This document shows, in pieces, positions 1 through 9,727 of a stretch of DNA of 45,135 bases (positions are counted from its first letter, which is position 1; every line of letters starts with the position of its first letter). This stretch comes from a virus (lineage: Duplodnaviria > Caudoviricetes). The DNA is taken from IMG/VR virus record IMGVR_UViG_3300017655_000007, positions 1 through 45,135 of that record; one strand, written 5' to 3'. The notes below the pieces were generated by a model. The model had not been told where the DNA came from. It did not search any database and was given only the letters and a program-made list of their open reading frames with translations. Position numbers and translations under genes: made by a program.

Positions 1-273
1 CACTGCTCTAATCAACCTTGCAATAGATGTTTACCGGGCCAGGTACCACCGCAGGTGAATGAGGCAGGCCATCCCTGATGATCAAGTTGCGCAATTCTCC
101 ACAGGGGGCACATGGTGTCAATATGCCTTCACCACGGTTGCCCGGTACTGCCTGACCGGCACCCGTGGTAACCTATGCGACTTTAAAATCCGGTGGGTCT
201 CGGCGTCGCCAAACGCAACACAGAACGCCCCAAATTTGCCCCACAATGTTGAGACCTACTTTCTAAGCCATTG

Positions 274-327
274 ATGAATAAAGCAATCTCAGATCTTTCC
301 GCACACACCCCGATGATGCAGCAGTAG
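274..327 (+). pseudogene. mutS: Displaced original mutS 5' end (MNKAISDLSAHTPMMQQ*), truncated at attL
   Basis: HTPMMQQ matches the MutS N-terminus; the TAC codon has become TAG at the crossover. Confidence 0.88.
294..326 (+). repeat. attL (exact core ATGATGCAGCAGTA at 313-326)
   Basis: 29/33 identity to 44916-44948, with a 14-bp exact core. Confidence 0.92.
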
Positions 328-454
328 CGTGAGATTCGAGGCTCAGGCCGCGCCACAAGCGGCCTACGCTTCCGGTCTGTCTAATACGGTTCGGCCAGTT
401 TCAGCGACTTTCACCCAGTAAAACCGAGAAGCTTTCGAGCAGTTTTAGACAGCC

Positions 455-760
455 TCAGCACCCCCACCCTGGCGTTCTGCCAACGATGATCCGGCCAGGC
501 TCATCACTCCCCATCCTCTCCCACGATTCGTACTTGAACAGGCCGATGTGATAGGCCTCTTCGTGCTCTGTCAGCGCCCAAAGCCGCGCCGCCTCGGACA
601 GCTCCAGCATATCGACCAGGTTCTCCGAACTGACTTCTCGGCGGCGGTGAGCGGCATAGGCCATCTCATCGAGCACAGCGGCGCGTCCGTCTGGATCGGT
701 TACCAATGAAAACTGGTCGTTCAGCTCATCCAGCCACGCTTTCGGTATGCCGGCCATCAT
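455..760 (-). CDS. Hypothetical protein, 101 aa, second gene of LexA-boxed operon
   Basis: ATGA overlap with the stop of 757-1050; starts MMAGIPKAW. Confidence 0.7.
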   Translation of the reverse strand: MMAGIPKAWLDELNDQFSLVTDPDGRAAVLDEMAYAAHRRREVSSENLVDMLELSEAARLWALTEHEEAYHIGLFKYESWERMGSDEPGRIIVGRTPGWGC

Positions 761-1050
761 TCTGCCCTGCACCACCAGGACTGCGCGTAAAGCACGCCGT
801 CGACCTCCTCCACCCCGTTGATGTTGATGCCGAGCTGGGCCATGCCGTTGACCTTGGCATCGTGCAGCCGCGGGATGATGTCCGGCCCAGGCGACGGGTT
901 GAACACCCAAGCCTGGGTCGATACCCGGCCCAGCGGCTCGCTGTGGTGGTCGCCGATGTGGATGTCGGCCCGGATGGGTGTGATCTTGCCGAGCTGATTC
1001 GTAGGGATGGCCACGCCATTCACACGGCGGCGAACGAGGAGGAAGTACAT
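757..1050 (-). CDS. Hypothetical protein, 97 aa, first gene of LexA-boxed operon
   Basis: Starts MYFLLVRRR just downstream of the SOS box and promoter. Confidence 0.7.
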   Translation of the reverse strand: MYFLLVRRRVNGVAIPTNQLGKITPIRADIHIGDHHSEPLGRVSTQAWVFNPSPGPDIIPRLHDAKVNGMAQLGININGVEEVDGVLYAQSWWCRAE

Positions 1051-1060
1051 AGGGCACCAA

Positions 1061-1108
1061 TACTGTATGGATAAACAGTATCGTATAGGCGGAATCGGTC
1101 GCGGGCAA
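1061..1108 (-). promoter_or_regulatory. Sigma70-type promoter with LexA (SOS) box
   Basis: TACTGTATGGATAAACAGTA at 1061-1080 (CTGT-N8-ACAG); minus strand TTGCCC-17bp-TACGAT abuts it. Confidence 0.85.
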
Positions 1109-1123
1109 TTGCCGGTCAGCGGA

Positions 1124-1348
1124 TCAGTGAAGAGGTGGCAAATCCTTGCCTCTCGCCTTGGCGATGACGCGGAGCTGGTAATCGGCCACCACCTGGAACA
1201 GCGACTCAGCCAGTACACGCAAGCGCTCGATCTCCTCCGCCGGCGCGCTGCGATCCTGGGCCTGGTGATACTCCCGCAGGGCGTCGACAGCCTGCTGAAT
1301 CAGTGGCTCGCCGGCCTCAACCATCCCTATGAAGGTGCGCTTGTCCAC
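1124..1348 (-). CDS. Hypothetical helical protein, 74 aa
   Basis: ORF co-oriented directly after the spanin; plausible RBS. Confidence 0.7.
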   Translation of the reverse strand: MDKRTFIGMVEAGEPLIQQAVDALREYHQAQDRSAPAEEIERLRVLAESLFQVVADYQLRVIAKARGKDLPPLH

Positions 1349-1361
1349 TTCCCTGCCCCGA

Positions 1362-1856
1362 TCACTTGATCAGGGCATTATAGGACGCCTCGCATAGATC
1401 ACCTGCTATTCGGGCTTGGTCATAAGCTTTCGCCAGTTCTCCCGCTCGAGCATCAGCCCGTGCGAGCAGGTCAGAGAGCACCAGGGCGGCGCGGGTGGCT
1501 GCCTGGCCTCGGGCGATAGCGGCGGTATCCGGGCCGGGGCAACTGACGGCGGCAGCGAACCGGGTGGATTCACTGCGCAGCCGCTGACCAGCAGCATCAG
1601 CATCAGCAGCGCCAGCATCAGCAATGGTTCTTTCTTCATGCCCTTTTACCCTCGCCTCTTGCTGCGCATCTGCGCTCCGGTGTTCTTCCAGACGCGCCGC
1701 GCGCTCGCCAATCACTTCTGCCAGTCGATCGCCGCTGTCCCGCTTCGCTGATTTCTGGCCAGACTGGGCAAGTTCCACCGATCGACCGTGTTCGTACGCC
1801 GCCCAATGGGATACCAGCAACAGCGCCGCCACTCCCGACAGCACCCAGCCGTTCAC
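1362..1856 (-). CDS. i-spanin (Rz-like, DUF2514-type)
   Basis: N-terminal TM helix, Ala-rich coiled coil, C-terminal CEASY; coupled to the endolysin. Confidence 0.85.
   Translation of the reverse strand: MNGWVLSGVAALLLVSHWAAYEHGRSVELAQSGQKSAKRDSGDRLAEVIGERAARLEEHRSADAQQEARVKGHEERTIADAGAADADAAGQRLRSESTRFAAAVSCPGPDTAAIARGQAATRAALVLSDLLARADARAGELAKAYDQARIAGDLCEASYNALIK
1406..1639 (-). CDS. o-spanin (Rz1-like lipoprotein) embedded in the i-spanin
   Basis: Signal peptide with lipobox LVSG-C, Pro-rich mature part; alternate frame inside Rz. Confidence 0.85.
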   Translation of the reverse strand: MKKEPLLMLALLMLMLLVSGCAVNPPGSLPPSVAPARIPPLSPEARQPPAPPWCSLTCSHGLMLERENWRKLMTKPE

Positions 1857-2284
1857 GCCGCCCCCAGGAACAGATCTCGCTCAGCGGCCCGCCGGCGGAC
1901 CAGGCCGGCCAGCACCTCCCCGCCAGCTTTGTTCCAGCGCGCGAACTGCTCGGCAGCGGCTGCGTAGTTGCCAGCATTGAGCAACCGTCGGAGCGTGGAC
2001 GATTCGAGGTTGGCCGCGCCCAGGTTGTAGGTGAAGCTCATCAGGGCGTCCCACTGGTTTTGGCTCAGCGGTGCCGTGACCAGGCGCTGCACCTCTGGCT
2101 CAAACCGCTGCACGTCGTTCAGCAGCATGCGCTCCGCCTGCTCCTTGCTGATCTTCATCCCGGCCTTAACGCCCCGGGTGGAGCCGTAGCCGATGGTCCA
2201 GACGCCGACTGAATCCTGATAGGCCTGCAGGCGCAGGCCCTCGAATGACTTGATGAGGCTCAAGCCACGTTGCGATGTGCGCAT
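1853..2284 (-). CDS. Endolysin, GH24 lysozyme
   Basis: FEGLRLQAYQDSVGVWTIGYG (E-D-T triad); GLVRRRAAE C-terminus. Confidence 0.95.
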   Translation of the reverse strand: MRTSQRGLSLIKSFEGLRLQAYQDSVGVWTIGYGSTRGVKAGMKISKEQAERMLLNDVQRFEPEVQRLVTAPLSQNQWDALMSFTYNLGAANLESSTLRRLLNAGNYAAAAEQFARWNKAGGEVLAGLVRRRAAERDLFLGAA

Positions 2285-2382
2285 GGGTTCCTCCAAGCAA
2301 GAAAAAGCCCGCACACGGCGGGCTGCATGAATTTCAGGCACAAAAAAACCGCTCGAAGCGGCCTGTGATCCTGCAAATCGGG

Positions 2383-3141
2383 TTACACAGAGATGCCCAG
2401 GCGGGTCGTTCGCTTGCGCATTGCTTCAGCAACCAGCGCCATTTCCGCGTCGGTGAGAGCTGCCGAATAGATGGCGACAGCAGAGATATCCACTTCCCCG
2501 CCAAAGGTCTGCGATGCACCGCCGATACGAATCACTGAGTCGCTGAGCACTCGTCTGGTCGTAACGCTGCCTGCAAGCTTGACGTTACGCGTCAGGTTGA
2601 AGGTCTCGGTAAGGGTGTTGCTCGCACGCACAGAACGAAGCCCCCAGTTGGTTGGCACCTCACCGGTCAAGGTGGCCGATGCAGAAGTCGGCCCAGTACC
2701 AGCGGTGTTAAGGCGCCCCCCATTCCCAGTCAGAGAATCGGGAGTACCGTGGAACAGCGAAATGCCGTAACCCAGGCCGGGGGCAGTAGGGTCAACAGAT
2801 TGACCAACGAAACCGCCTGCGTAGTACGGTGTATCTGGGCCGCCGCCTGGTGCGTTCGGGGGAGTAGCCACCGCCTTGCCAACAACCAGGATGGTCATTT
2901 CGACACTATCTGGGATCTGGGTCTTCAGGAAGTTGAGCAGCCCCTTGAAGCGCCCGTGGGTTGAGAATGCCACCGGGGCACCAATGACCTCGGCGTCAGG
3001 CTTGTTGATGGCGCGATTCCTGGAGAAGCGGCTGGCATCGGTGTCGAAGGTGAACCATCCCTCCAGGCCACGGGTGACCGGTGGGATCACCTTCGAATTC
3101 CACGGTGCAACGGTGTCTTTGGCGATCAGCTTGATACCCAT
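2383..3141 (-). CDS. Tail-associated beta-sandwich protein (LamG/concanavalin-like)
   Basis: Beta-rich, ends GEVDISAVAIYSAALTDAEM as in LamG-like domains; follows the tailspike. Confidence 0.6.
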   Translation of the reverse strand: MGIKLIAKDTVAPWNSKVIPPVTRGLEGWFTFDTDASRFSRNRAINKPDAEVIGAPVAFSTHGRFKGLLNFLKTQIPDSVEMTILVVGKAVATPPNAPGGGPDTPYYAGGFVGQSVDPTAPGLGYGISLFHGTPDSLTGNGGRLNTAGTGPTSASATLTGEVPTNWGLRSVRASNTLTETFNLTRNVKLAGSVTTRRVLSDSVIRIGGASQTFGGEVDISAVAIYSAALTDAEMALVAEAMRKRTTRLGISV

Positions 3142-3155
3142 GAATGTTCCTCTGT

Positions 3156-4928
3156 TCAGATCAGATTGAGTGCAGCAGCGGCGATGTAGGGCGCCAGCGC
3201 TTGGAAAGTCGCGATACGGGAGGCCTGCCACGGGTGGACAGGGTCCGACCAGTCGACGGCATAGAAGCCGTCCTCGCCAGCGGCGCCGGCAGCCGAGAAG
3301 GAGTAACCCACATCGGGGTTTGTCAGCGCCCAGAGCGGCGCCAGGATGGTTTTCGCATCAGCTCGATCAGCAATCGACTTCTGCATGGCTCGGATCAGCG
3401 GCAGGTAATGGCTGGTCCAAAGCGCGTTCCTGTCCGCACTCACGGCGGTGCCAGGTACAAACCGGATGATCTTCGCGTTCGGCCAGGCCGCGCGGATCTG
3501 GTCATGCATGATCGTGTCATTGCTGAGGACATGCCCATAGATCGTTGCTGCGGTACGGTCGCGAACATCGTTGGTGCCCAAGCCCTGTAGCACGATGTCA
3601 GGCGTTGCTAGGCCGAATCTCGACTGATAGAACGCCGGGTCGAACACATAGCCATTCCGGACGATCGATGATGGGTCACTGCCAGTTGCAGCACGCGCAA
3701 ACGGGTTGCGGTCGCGCTGGTCTGTTTTGGACATTTCCTTGTATGCATCCTCTTGCCCAGGCGGCAGGATGATCGCGCGATCGGTGATGGCGTTCGTGTA
3801 GTCGCCGGTCTCCCAGCCCTCACGCGCCTCGCCAAGTTCGCCCGTGGTGTCGCCCGCGTTGCTGGCCACCGCCGATCCCTTCATGGTGCCGATGAACTGC
3901 GGCGTCAGGCCGAGGGCCTGCAGGCACTGCTTGAGGAAGTAGCCGCCCTGCCGGTTGCAGATCGAGTCGCCGATGATCAGGATCTTCGGGCTCAGGGGTA
4001 CCGTCTGCACTGGGACGTTCTTCAGCGTCAGGGGCATGAAGCGCCGGGTGCTGGGCGACTCGAGGTCGCGTAAGTTGAGCACTGCGCCCGAACCGTACTT
4101 CTCGCCGCTGATTGTCAGCACTTCGCCCTTTTCACTCGCTGCCGTGGTGGTGCTGGCCACGCTCGCCTCTACCAAAGTAGTGTCCTGCCGGCGCGGCAGC
4201 ATGTTCTGGACGTAGAGCTTCTGATCATAGAGGTCCGAGGTGACTATCAAGGGCGAGAACATCAGGCCCAAGTTAAAAGGCGGGATTCGAGAATCCTCCT
4301 CTTGCGCACCAGGTTGCGGCAACAAACCGCCCTCAGCATCAGTGGAGAACGTACCCGGCATATCGGTGCGCTCGCCCTCAAGCTCGCCCCCAACAATAAT
4401 CCGGCTGTCGTCGACGTAGACGATGACGCTTCCATCATCAGTAGCAATTACCGTCGGAATGCTGTCATTTGCGATCTCAAAGGCAGTCGTTGCGAGACGC
4501 TTGCTGGTCAGTGACAGATGGCTGCCACCACCTTCGTCATCAACGACATCGAGAATTCGAGTCTCAGGCGCATTGACGGACTGTGCCTGGACCAACTGGC
4601 TGATGTTTCGCAGCGCCGTCATGTTGGGATACTCGTCCATGAAGGTCGCCGTCCCGCCATCGTTTCGGTAAAGAGTGACGTAACCGTCAACGGCGGCAGA
4701 TGCAACACTGAAGTAACCTTGGTCGGGCGTGCCGGCCAGGCCGAGCGCAACGGTCGTGTAGATCAGCGCCCCACTCATCTGCGTCGAGAGGTCAGCCAGC
4801 ACCTTCGCATTCGTCGGGCGCTGCACCCCTCCCCCGACATCCACCATCTTGATCTCTTCGGACAGGAATAACTCGTTTGCCGTGTCGATCGTTTGTGTCA
4901 AGCGCGCGAGATCTTCTGCTCCGCTCAT
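3156..4928 (-). CDS. Tailspike/fibre with C-terminal SGNH/GDSL esterase domain
   Basis: Blocks IIGDSI, GTND and DPVHP; N-terminal phage tail-anchor-like region. Confidence 0.85.
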   Translation of the reverse strand: MSGAEDLARLTQTIDTANELFLSEEIKMVDVGGGVQRPTNAKVLADLSTQMSGALIYTTVALGLAGTPDQGYFSVASAAVDGYVTLYRNDGGTATFMDEYPNMTALRNISQLVQAQSVNAPETRILDVVDDEGGGSHLSLTSKRLATTAFEIANDSIPTVIATDDGSVIVYVDDSRIIVGGELEGERTDMPGTFSTDAEGGLLPQPGAQEEDSRIPPFNLGLMFSPLIVTSDLYDQKLYVQNMLPRRQDTTLVEASVASTTTAASEKGEVLTISGEKYGSGAVLNLRDLESPSTRRFMPLTLKNVPVQTVPLSPKILIIGDSICNRQGGYFLKQCLQALGLTPQFIGTMKGSAVASNAGDTTGELGEAREGWETGDYTNAITDRAIILPPGQEDAYKEMSKTDQRDRNPFARAATGSDPSSIVRNGYVFDPAFYQSRFGLATPDIVLQGLGTNDVRDRTAATIYGHVLSNDTIMHDQIRAAWPNAKIIRFVPGTAVSADRNALWTSHYLPLIRAMQKSIADRADAKTILAPLWALTNPDVGYSFSAAGAAGEDGFYAVDWSDPVHPWQASRIATFQALAPYIAAAALNLI

Positions 4929-4971
4929 GTTTACTCCAGGCGAAAAAAAGCCCACCGAAGTGGGCAGAGAA

Positions 4972-5454
4972 TTAGGTAGCCGTGGCGCCTGGCCAAGACT
5001 TGGTGTACCAGCGTTCCAGCAAGGCGCGGAGCTGGGCGGTCATTACCGTGATCGGCATGCCGGCAAGCAGAGAGGTGAATTCCGCCTCGTCGACGATGGG
5101 CAATTCGAACAGTTCGAGCTCGGCGGTATAGCGCCAGAGATCGACGCCGACCAGCTCCGGCACCACCGGCGTATCCGTGAACCGGGCCCGGGTCGGCTGG
5201 AGTCCCAGCGGGGTTTTGAGCGGACAGAGAAACCAATCCGCCCACTTGATTCCCCACTTGCGCCAACCGTCGAACAGCTTTGCCTCGGTGGCCGTGAACA
5301 TCCAAGAGACGTTCACCAGGGTGGGAACCGTCCGGTAGCGCCGCCGCTGCATTGCCCTTCCGGTAACCAGCGGCGTTCGCTCGATGGGGCTCACCGGTGC
5401 GAACCCATACCCTTCGCGCAACGGCAACGGAAGGTCGTCAGGTATCGAAAGCAT
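4972..5454 (-). CDS. Minor tail protein (distal tail/gpM-like)
   Basis: Position in the tail module; RQRRRY- and WF-type motifs typical of distal tail proteins. Confidence 0.65.
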   Translation of the reverse strand: MLSIPDDLPLPLREGYGFAPVSPIERTPLVTGRAMQRRRYRTVPTLVNVSWMFTATEAKLFDGWRKWGIKWADWFLCPLKTPLGLQPTRARFTDTPVVPELVGVDLWRYTAELELFELPIVDEAEFTSLLAGMPITVMTAQLRALLERWYTKSWPGATAT

Positions 5455-5465
5455 CAGGCCATTCC

Positions 5466-8400
5466 TCAGGTCGGAGCGAAGTTATCGTCGTCGGCATACA
5501 CCCGCACGTCGTAGTTCACGGCCTCAACATCGGCGGTGAAGTCGTTCGGCGTGATGGATTCGATCAGGATCGGGTAGCTCCACCGGGTAGTTGTGCCGAA
5601 CTGCAGGTGCGGCGGCTCGATGTCCCACGACAGATCCGGAACGAAGTCGAGCTGAGGAACCGTCAGCCTGGTCTCGTCGACCCGGGTTGCCGGCCATGGG
5701 CCGCTTAGCGTGCCATCTGGGCGGCGAAGGCCAACAACGTGGTTGGCCCCCTCTTCCCAAGGCAGCGGCTCCGAACTCTCCAACAAGGTCAGGTCATTGC
5801 CTTCCTGAAAGTCGATCAGCAATGAGCTCTGTCCGTATCCAGGTATGTCGTCGGAGGCGGCGCAGTAGCTCTTGTACCGGCTGTTCATCGCGGCGAGTTC
5901 CGTGGAGAACGTATAGCCGTGACGTTGGTACTTGTACCGCCGCCGCTGACGCATCCCGATCCGCCAAGCCCGATCCCGGTTAATCACCCCTCTCAGCGTG
6001 ATCTTCTCGGTCTTCAGGCCTTGGTCACCAGGCAGTCGGCACTTCACTGTTTCCTTCTGCCAGGTGTCCTCGTCCATGTACTCGACATCTACCCCGTCGT
6101 AGTCGTCTGGCCGAACCGTGGTGAACTTACGGACCAGTCTCGCCACCATGCTCTGCGGCGTGTACAGGTGCTCGTACACCGACCGAGGTTCGTCACGCAC
6201 TGGGCGCATCAGCCCACGGTCTATGGTCAACTCAGCAAAGCCGGCCATCAGTGCAGTGTTTAGCGCCTCAAGCACCGTTTCCTGGCCATTCACCTCAAGG
6301 TCGAATTTGTCACCACGCGCCCGCCAAATAGCATCTAGGCGGTCCATTTCGGCCAGGTCAAGGTCGTCGTCGGTATAACCAATGCTGCGAGCGACGTGAG
6401 CGAGCCACGGCACGATGTCCCTGGTGGGCGTTTCGACAGCCCAAGCGCCTCCGCTACGCACCGGCAGCACCCGGGTTGGCCGGACCGAGACCATAGTCTG
6501 GGATTGAGCCGAAAGCCGGTTGCTGCCCTTGATGTACACCACCATGACCGTGACGCCTTCATAGCGCCGCGGCGCTCGCTCGATCCGGGCGCGCAGGCCA
6601 AACCATTGGACCCGATCCTGCTTGTTGGAGCTGGTCGACTCCTCACCAATACGCCGCGTGCGAACCTCTGGACGCATGGCGGCCGGAATGGAAATTTTCT
6701 GAGTGAACCCAATCTGATCAGGAGATGTGGCGGTATACGTCGCCGTGACTGAGGTCCAAGCGCCTGCGGTGGCAATATCTCGGTACTGGGTCTCTACCTT
6801 CACACTTACCTGGCGCGGATTGCCGTTCTTGTCCGTGTAGCGAATAAGGCCTTGCGGGAAGAAGTGATCGACCTCAATACGCCGGGTTACCTCTCCTTCA
6901 GGCAACGCAGCAATTGGACCAGACCAGTCGCCCTCGGTGGTTGAGCCATCAAGGACGATGTTCACATCATTGGTTTCGATCGGGTCGAAACCTTCCCATT
7001 CGTCATCTACGGCGCCGGTGTCAGTCAAGCGTGCGACGGTGATGGCGGACGGCCCGTGCGCTTCGTTTTCCGGAGTGTCTTCATCATCATCCTCAGAGTC
7101 GTCGGAAACGGCAGTGATGCGATACCGAAGGTCGCGGTAGCCGATGGTCGATAGCAACTCCCCGACCTGCAGGCCGATAACCGGCGCACCGCCGTCGTAT
7201 GCCAAGGTCATCTTCGCGAACTGGCCATCAGTCGCAGCTTCCGACTTGGTGCCGGTTACGAACACCGGACTGGCCCCGAAAATGTCCGAAGTCGTTCCAG
7301 TAAGGCCCAGCCCAACGCCGCTGAATGGCGCGGTCTGCTCGGCAATACGCAGCAGACCAGCAGAAGCACTGGCCACCAGCGGCGTACCAGCCAATGCGCT
7401 GTTCACCGCCGACACCAAGCCGGCCAGGTTGGTGGTGGCCGTGTTCAGCGTCACGGGAAACGTGCTCGCGCCGCGAGTCACGGTGAAGCTCAGCGGCACA
7501 ACATCGAAGTTGAAGCGGTTCGGCGCTGCGCTGCCGGTCACCATGGAAGCACTACCAGGCACTTCCGGAGTGCCTGGCACCTCCGGGTCGTAGGTGGCCA
7601 CGACATACTCGCCGTCGTTGGCACCGGTGATCTCGATCTTCATGCCAACAAAGGGCAGCAGCATAGGCAGGTGCTTGCCGCTGATCACCGTGGCGCTACC
7701 ATCGGCGGGCGCGGTGAAGGTGTACGAGTAAGGCACCTCAATGCGAGCAATCATGCCGGCCGCCCAGCCGGCCGGGAACCACCCTGCCCCCTCCGGAACT
7801 GTGATCACAAAGTCACTCGCCTGAACGGCACTGCCAGAGAACTGCTGCTGCACTGCAACTGTGGTAGTCAGCGTGAGCCCGGCATTGCCGGTGTTGGTCG
7901 CCCCAACCTCGGTTGCGCTATGCCACCACTGGGCGGCTGTCTCGCTGGCCAAGTCTTCGCCAGGGCCATAAATCGCGTAGCTGGCGGTACCGCCAAGGGA
8001 AGCGATCGGCGTGTCACCGACCAGAATATCGCTGGGCAACACCTGATATTTGCCCCTGCCGATGCACAACAGCAATTCCGCCCATTGCTCGGCGGGATCA
8101 CCGAAGTATCGATGAACCGGCGCCAGCAGGTCCGGGAACCGTTTCGGCGAGCCTGCCAGTTCTGGGATCACATCATTCAGTGCGGGCAGGTTACCCTTCA
8201 CCGTCGACAGGTTCAGCTCCTTCGAGCTCCGGTTCTGCATGTTGGGCGTGGCCGGCTTAACCGGGTCGAAAGGGTTGCCCAGGCCAAACAGCTTGGCCAG
8301 CGGGCCAGGCTTGAAGATGGTCTTGAGAGAGCTGCCCTTTGGCTCGATGTAGATTGCCACCTGGTCATCCGGCCCAACCTCAGTTTCACACCAGGCGGAC

Positions 8401-8564
8401 GGCACAACCAGTTCGCCGTTCACCAGGATGCTGATCGGCGGTACCGGCCTTGGCTCGTAACCTTTGACCTTGGCCTTCAGCCACGCCTCGAGGGTAGTGG
8501 CCTGCTCCAACGGATGGCGCTCAAGCGGCCCGCCTTCAAGCTTGCTCGGGAAGATCTCGATCAC
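5466..8564 (-). CDS. Tail tip / host-specificity protein (gpJ/TipJ-like)
   Basis: 1032 aa after NlpC/P60; FFPQGL and YDGVDVEY motifs; C-terminal AVNYDVRVYADD. Confidence 0.88.
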   Translation of the reverse strand: MIEIFPSKLEGGPLERHPLEQATTLEAWLKAKVKGYEPRPVPPISILVNGELVVPSAWCETEVGPDDQVAIYIEPKGSSLKTIFKPGPLAKLFGLGNPFDPVKPATPNMQNRSSKELNLSTVKGNLPALNDVIPELAGSPKRFPDLLAPVHRYFGDPAEQWAELLLCIGRGKYQVLPSDILVGDTPIASLGGTASYAIYGPGEDLASETAAQWWHSATEVGATNTGNAGLTLTTTVAVQQQFSGSAVQASDFVITVPEGAGWFPAGWAAGMIARIEVPYSYTFTAPADGSATVISGKHLPMLLPFVGMKIEITGANDGEYVVATYDPEVPGTPEVPGSASMVTGSAAPNRFNFDVVPLSFTVTRGASTFPVTLNTATTNLAGLVSAVNSALAGTPLVASASAGLLRIAEQTAPFSGVGLGLTGTTSDIFGASPVFVTGTKSEAATDGQFAKMTLAYDGGAPVIGLQVGELLSTIGYRDLRYRITAVSDDSEDDDEDTPENEAHGPSAITVARLTDTGAVDDEWEGFDPIETNDVNIVLDGSTTEGDWSGPIAALPEGEVTRRIEVDHFFPQGLIRYTDKNGNPRQVSVKVETQYRDIATAGAWTSVTATYTATSPDQIGFTQKISIPAAMRPEVRTRRIGEESTSSNKQDRVQWFGLRARIERAPRRYEGVTVMVVYIKGSNRLSAQSQTMVSVRPTRVLPVRSGGAWAVETPTRDIVPWLAHVARSIGYTDDDLDLAEMDRLDAIWRARGDKFDLEVNGQETVLEALNTALMAGFAELTIDRGLMRPVRDEPRSVYEHLYTPQSMVARLVRKFTTVRPDDYDGVDVEYMDEDTWQKETVKCRLPGDQGLKTEKITLRGVINRDRAWRIGMRQRRRYKYQRHGYTFSTELAAMNSRYKSYCAASDDIPGYGQSSLLIDFQEGNDLTLLESSEPLPWEEGANHVVGLRRPDGTLSGPWPATRVDETRLTVPQLDFVPDLSWDIEPPHLQFGTTTRWSYPILIESITPNDFTADVEAVNYDVRVYADDDNFAPT

Positions 8565-8955
8565 GATGGTATTTGACCTTTGGGTAGGATCGCTCGAAGT
8601 CGATCAAGCGCATGTTGGTTACCCCTGCAACGGGGTTGGTCTCGAAGACCCGCAACTCGCCGTCAATCAGGACGACGACACCGACGTGTGTGCACAGCCC
8701 ACCATGAATCACGGCGGCAATTGCCCCAGGAACTGGTGGCCCAACTGGCATCAGGTCGGAGTACTTGGCATAGGCCTTGGCGGATGAGCGAAGGTCCCGG
8801 CGGTCGATTGGCCCGAAAGAAGGCAGAGGCGGCAGGCCAAGCACTTCCTCGCGGATAGCCAGGACCAGGCCCCAGCAGTCGAGCAGATATCGGCCGCCCA
8901 CGACCTCACCCCGCGCCCCGTCTTCATACGTCGCGGTGAAATATTTGTCGTACAT
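8536..8955 (-). CDS. NlpC/P60 tail assembly protein (gpK-like)
   Basis: LDCWGLV and HVGVV catalytic motifs. Confidence 0.85.
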   Translation of the reverse strand: MYDKYFTATYEDGARGEVVGGRYLLDCWGLVLAIREEVLGLPPLPSFGPIDRRDLRSSAKAYAKYSDLMPVGPPVPGAIAAVIHGGLCTHVGVVVLIDGELRVFETNPVAGVTNMRLIDFERSYPKVKYHRDRDLPEQA

Positions 8956-9105
8956 GGCGTGCTCTTGGCTGGCCAAATAGCCAGTAACACAGGCCGGATG
9001 CTACATAGTAGCGTTGCGCCTGCATGAAGATGGATTTATCGCTCAGCCGCGAGCAGCCTCGAACTGTTCGCGTACTTTGGCAATGAATGACCTAGGAGGT
9101 CTGAT

Positions 9106-9357
9106 TTGAGTATCTATGCATCAGATATTGATAACGCTCTGCTGGTGGTGGCCAGGCAAGCAGAAAATGGCATAAATCTAAAAGACCTTGAGGAGTCAAC
9201 GACTTTTCAGGCGCTTGAAGCTCTTTCGAAAACAGGGATGGCAAACTTCCGGGTCACTCAGTTCGTGACTGGTCGCTATCGATTCAGATGGACTGCTAGC
9301 CCTCACATCATGCCTTCGGGCCAGCAGCGCCTGAAGGAAATACGCGGCGAGGCGTGA
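9106..9357 (+). CDS. Antisense moron, hypothetical 83 aa
   Basis: Strong RBS TAGGAGG before TTG; lower GC; opposite to the tail operon. Confidence 0.7.
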   Translation: MSIYASDIDNALLVVARQAENGINLKDLEESTTFQALEALSKTGMANFRVTQFVTGRYRFRWTASPHIMPSGQQRLKEIRGEA

Positions 9358-9361
9358 GACT

Positions 9362-9727
9362 TTAAGCGAGGGCTGAGGCCTCGGCTTCTTGCCTTGCCTT
9401 GCTCTCGCTTTCAAGCTCGATCAGTAATTCCGTGATTGCTCCGTGGAGCTCCCCTGCTACACCAGTCTCATCGGAAACATCCCACCAACGCCCCTTTATC
9501 ATTTCAACCTTCGTGCGGACGCTGATCTCAAGAGCCCTGAGCCGTTCCAGGCCCGACATCAACTCTTTGAAGTCGGCCAGAACCTCTGCAGCCGCCCCGG
9601 ATTCCTCTAGGTGCGAGACGACCTTTCTCCCTCCCAAGTTGATGGTGAAGTCACCCCCAACAAAGGTGGAGTCAAGGCTTTCGCCTGATTGATTGACGAC
9701 GAATGCTTCGGTCATGGAAATCACCAT
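9362..9727 (-). CDS. Hypothetical protein inserted in the tail module
   Basis: ORF abuts the upstream stop; C-terminal coiled coil. Confidence 0.6.
   Translation of the reverse strand: MVISMTEAFVVNQSGESLDSTFVGGDFTINLGGRKVVSHLEESGAAAEVLADFKELMSGLERLRALEISVRTKVEMIKGRWWDVSDETGVAGELHGAITELLIELESESKARQEAEASALA

Noticed and set aside
59-274. 71-aa ORF left of attL
   Set aside because: No recognisable motif; more likely the native mutS upstream region
455-1108. 217-aa ORF as a single gene
   Set aside because: The N-terminal part is an off-frame read of 757-1050; the real start is the ATGA-coupled ATG at 760
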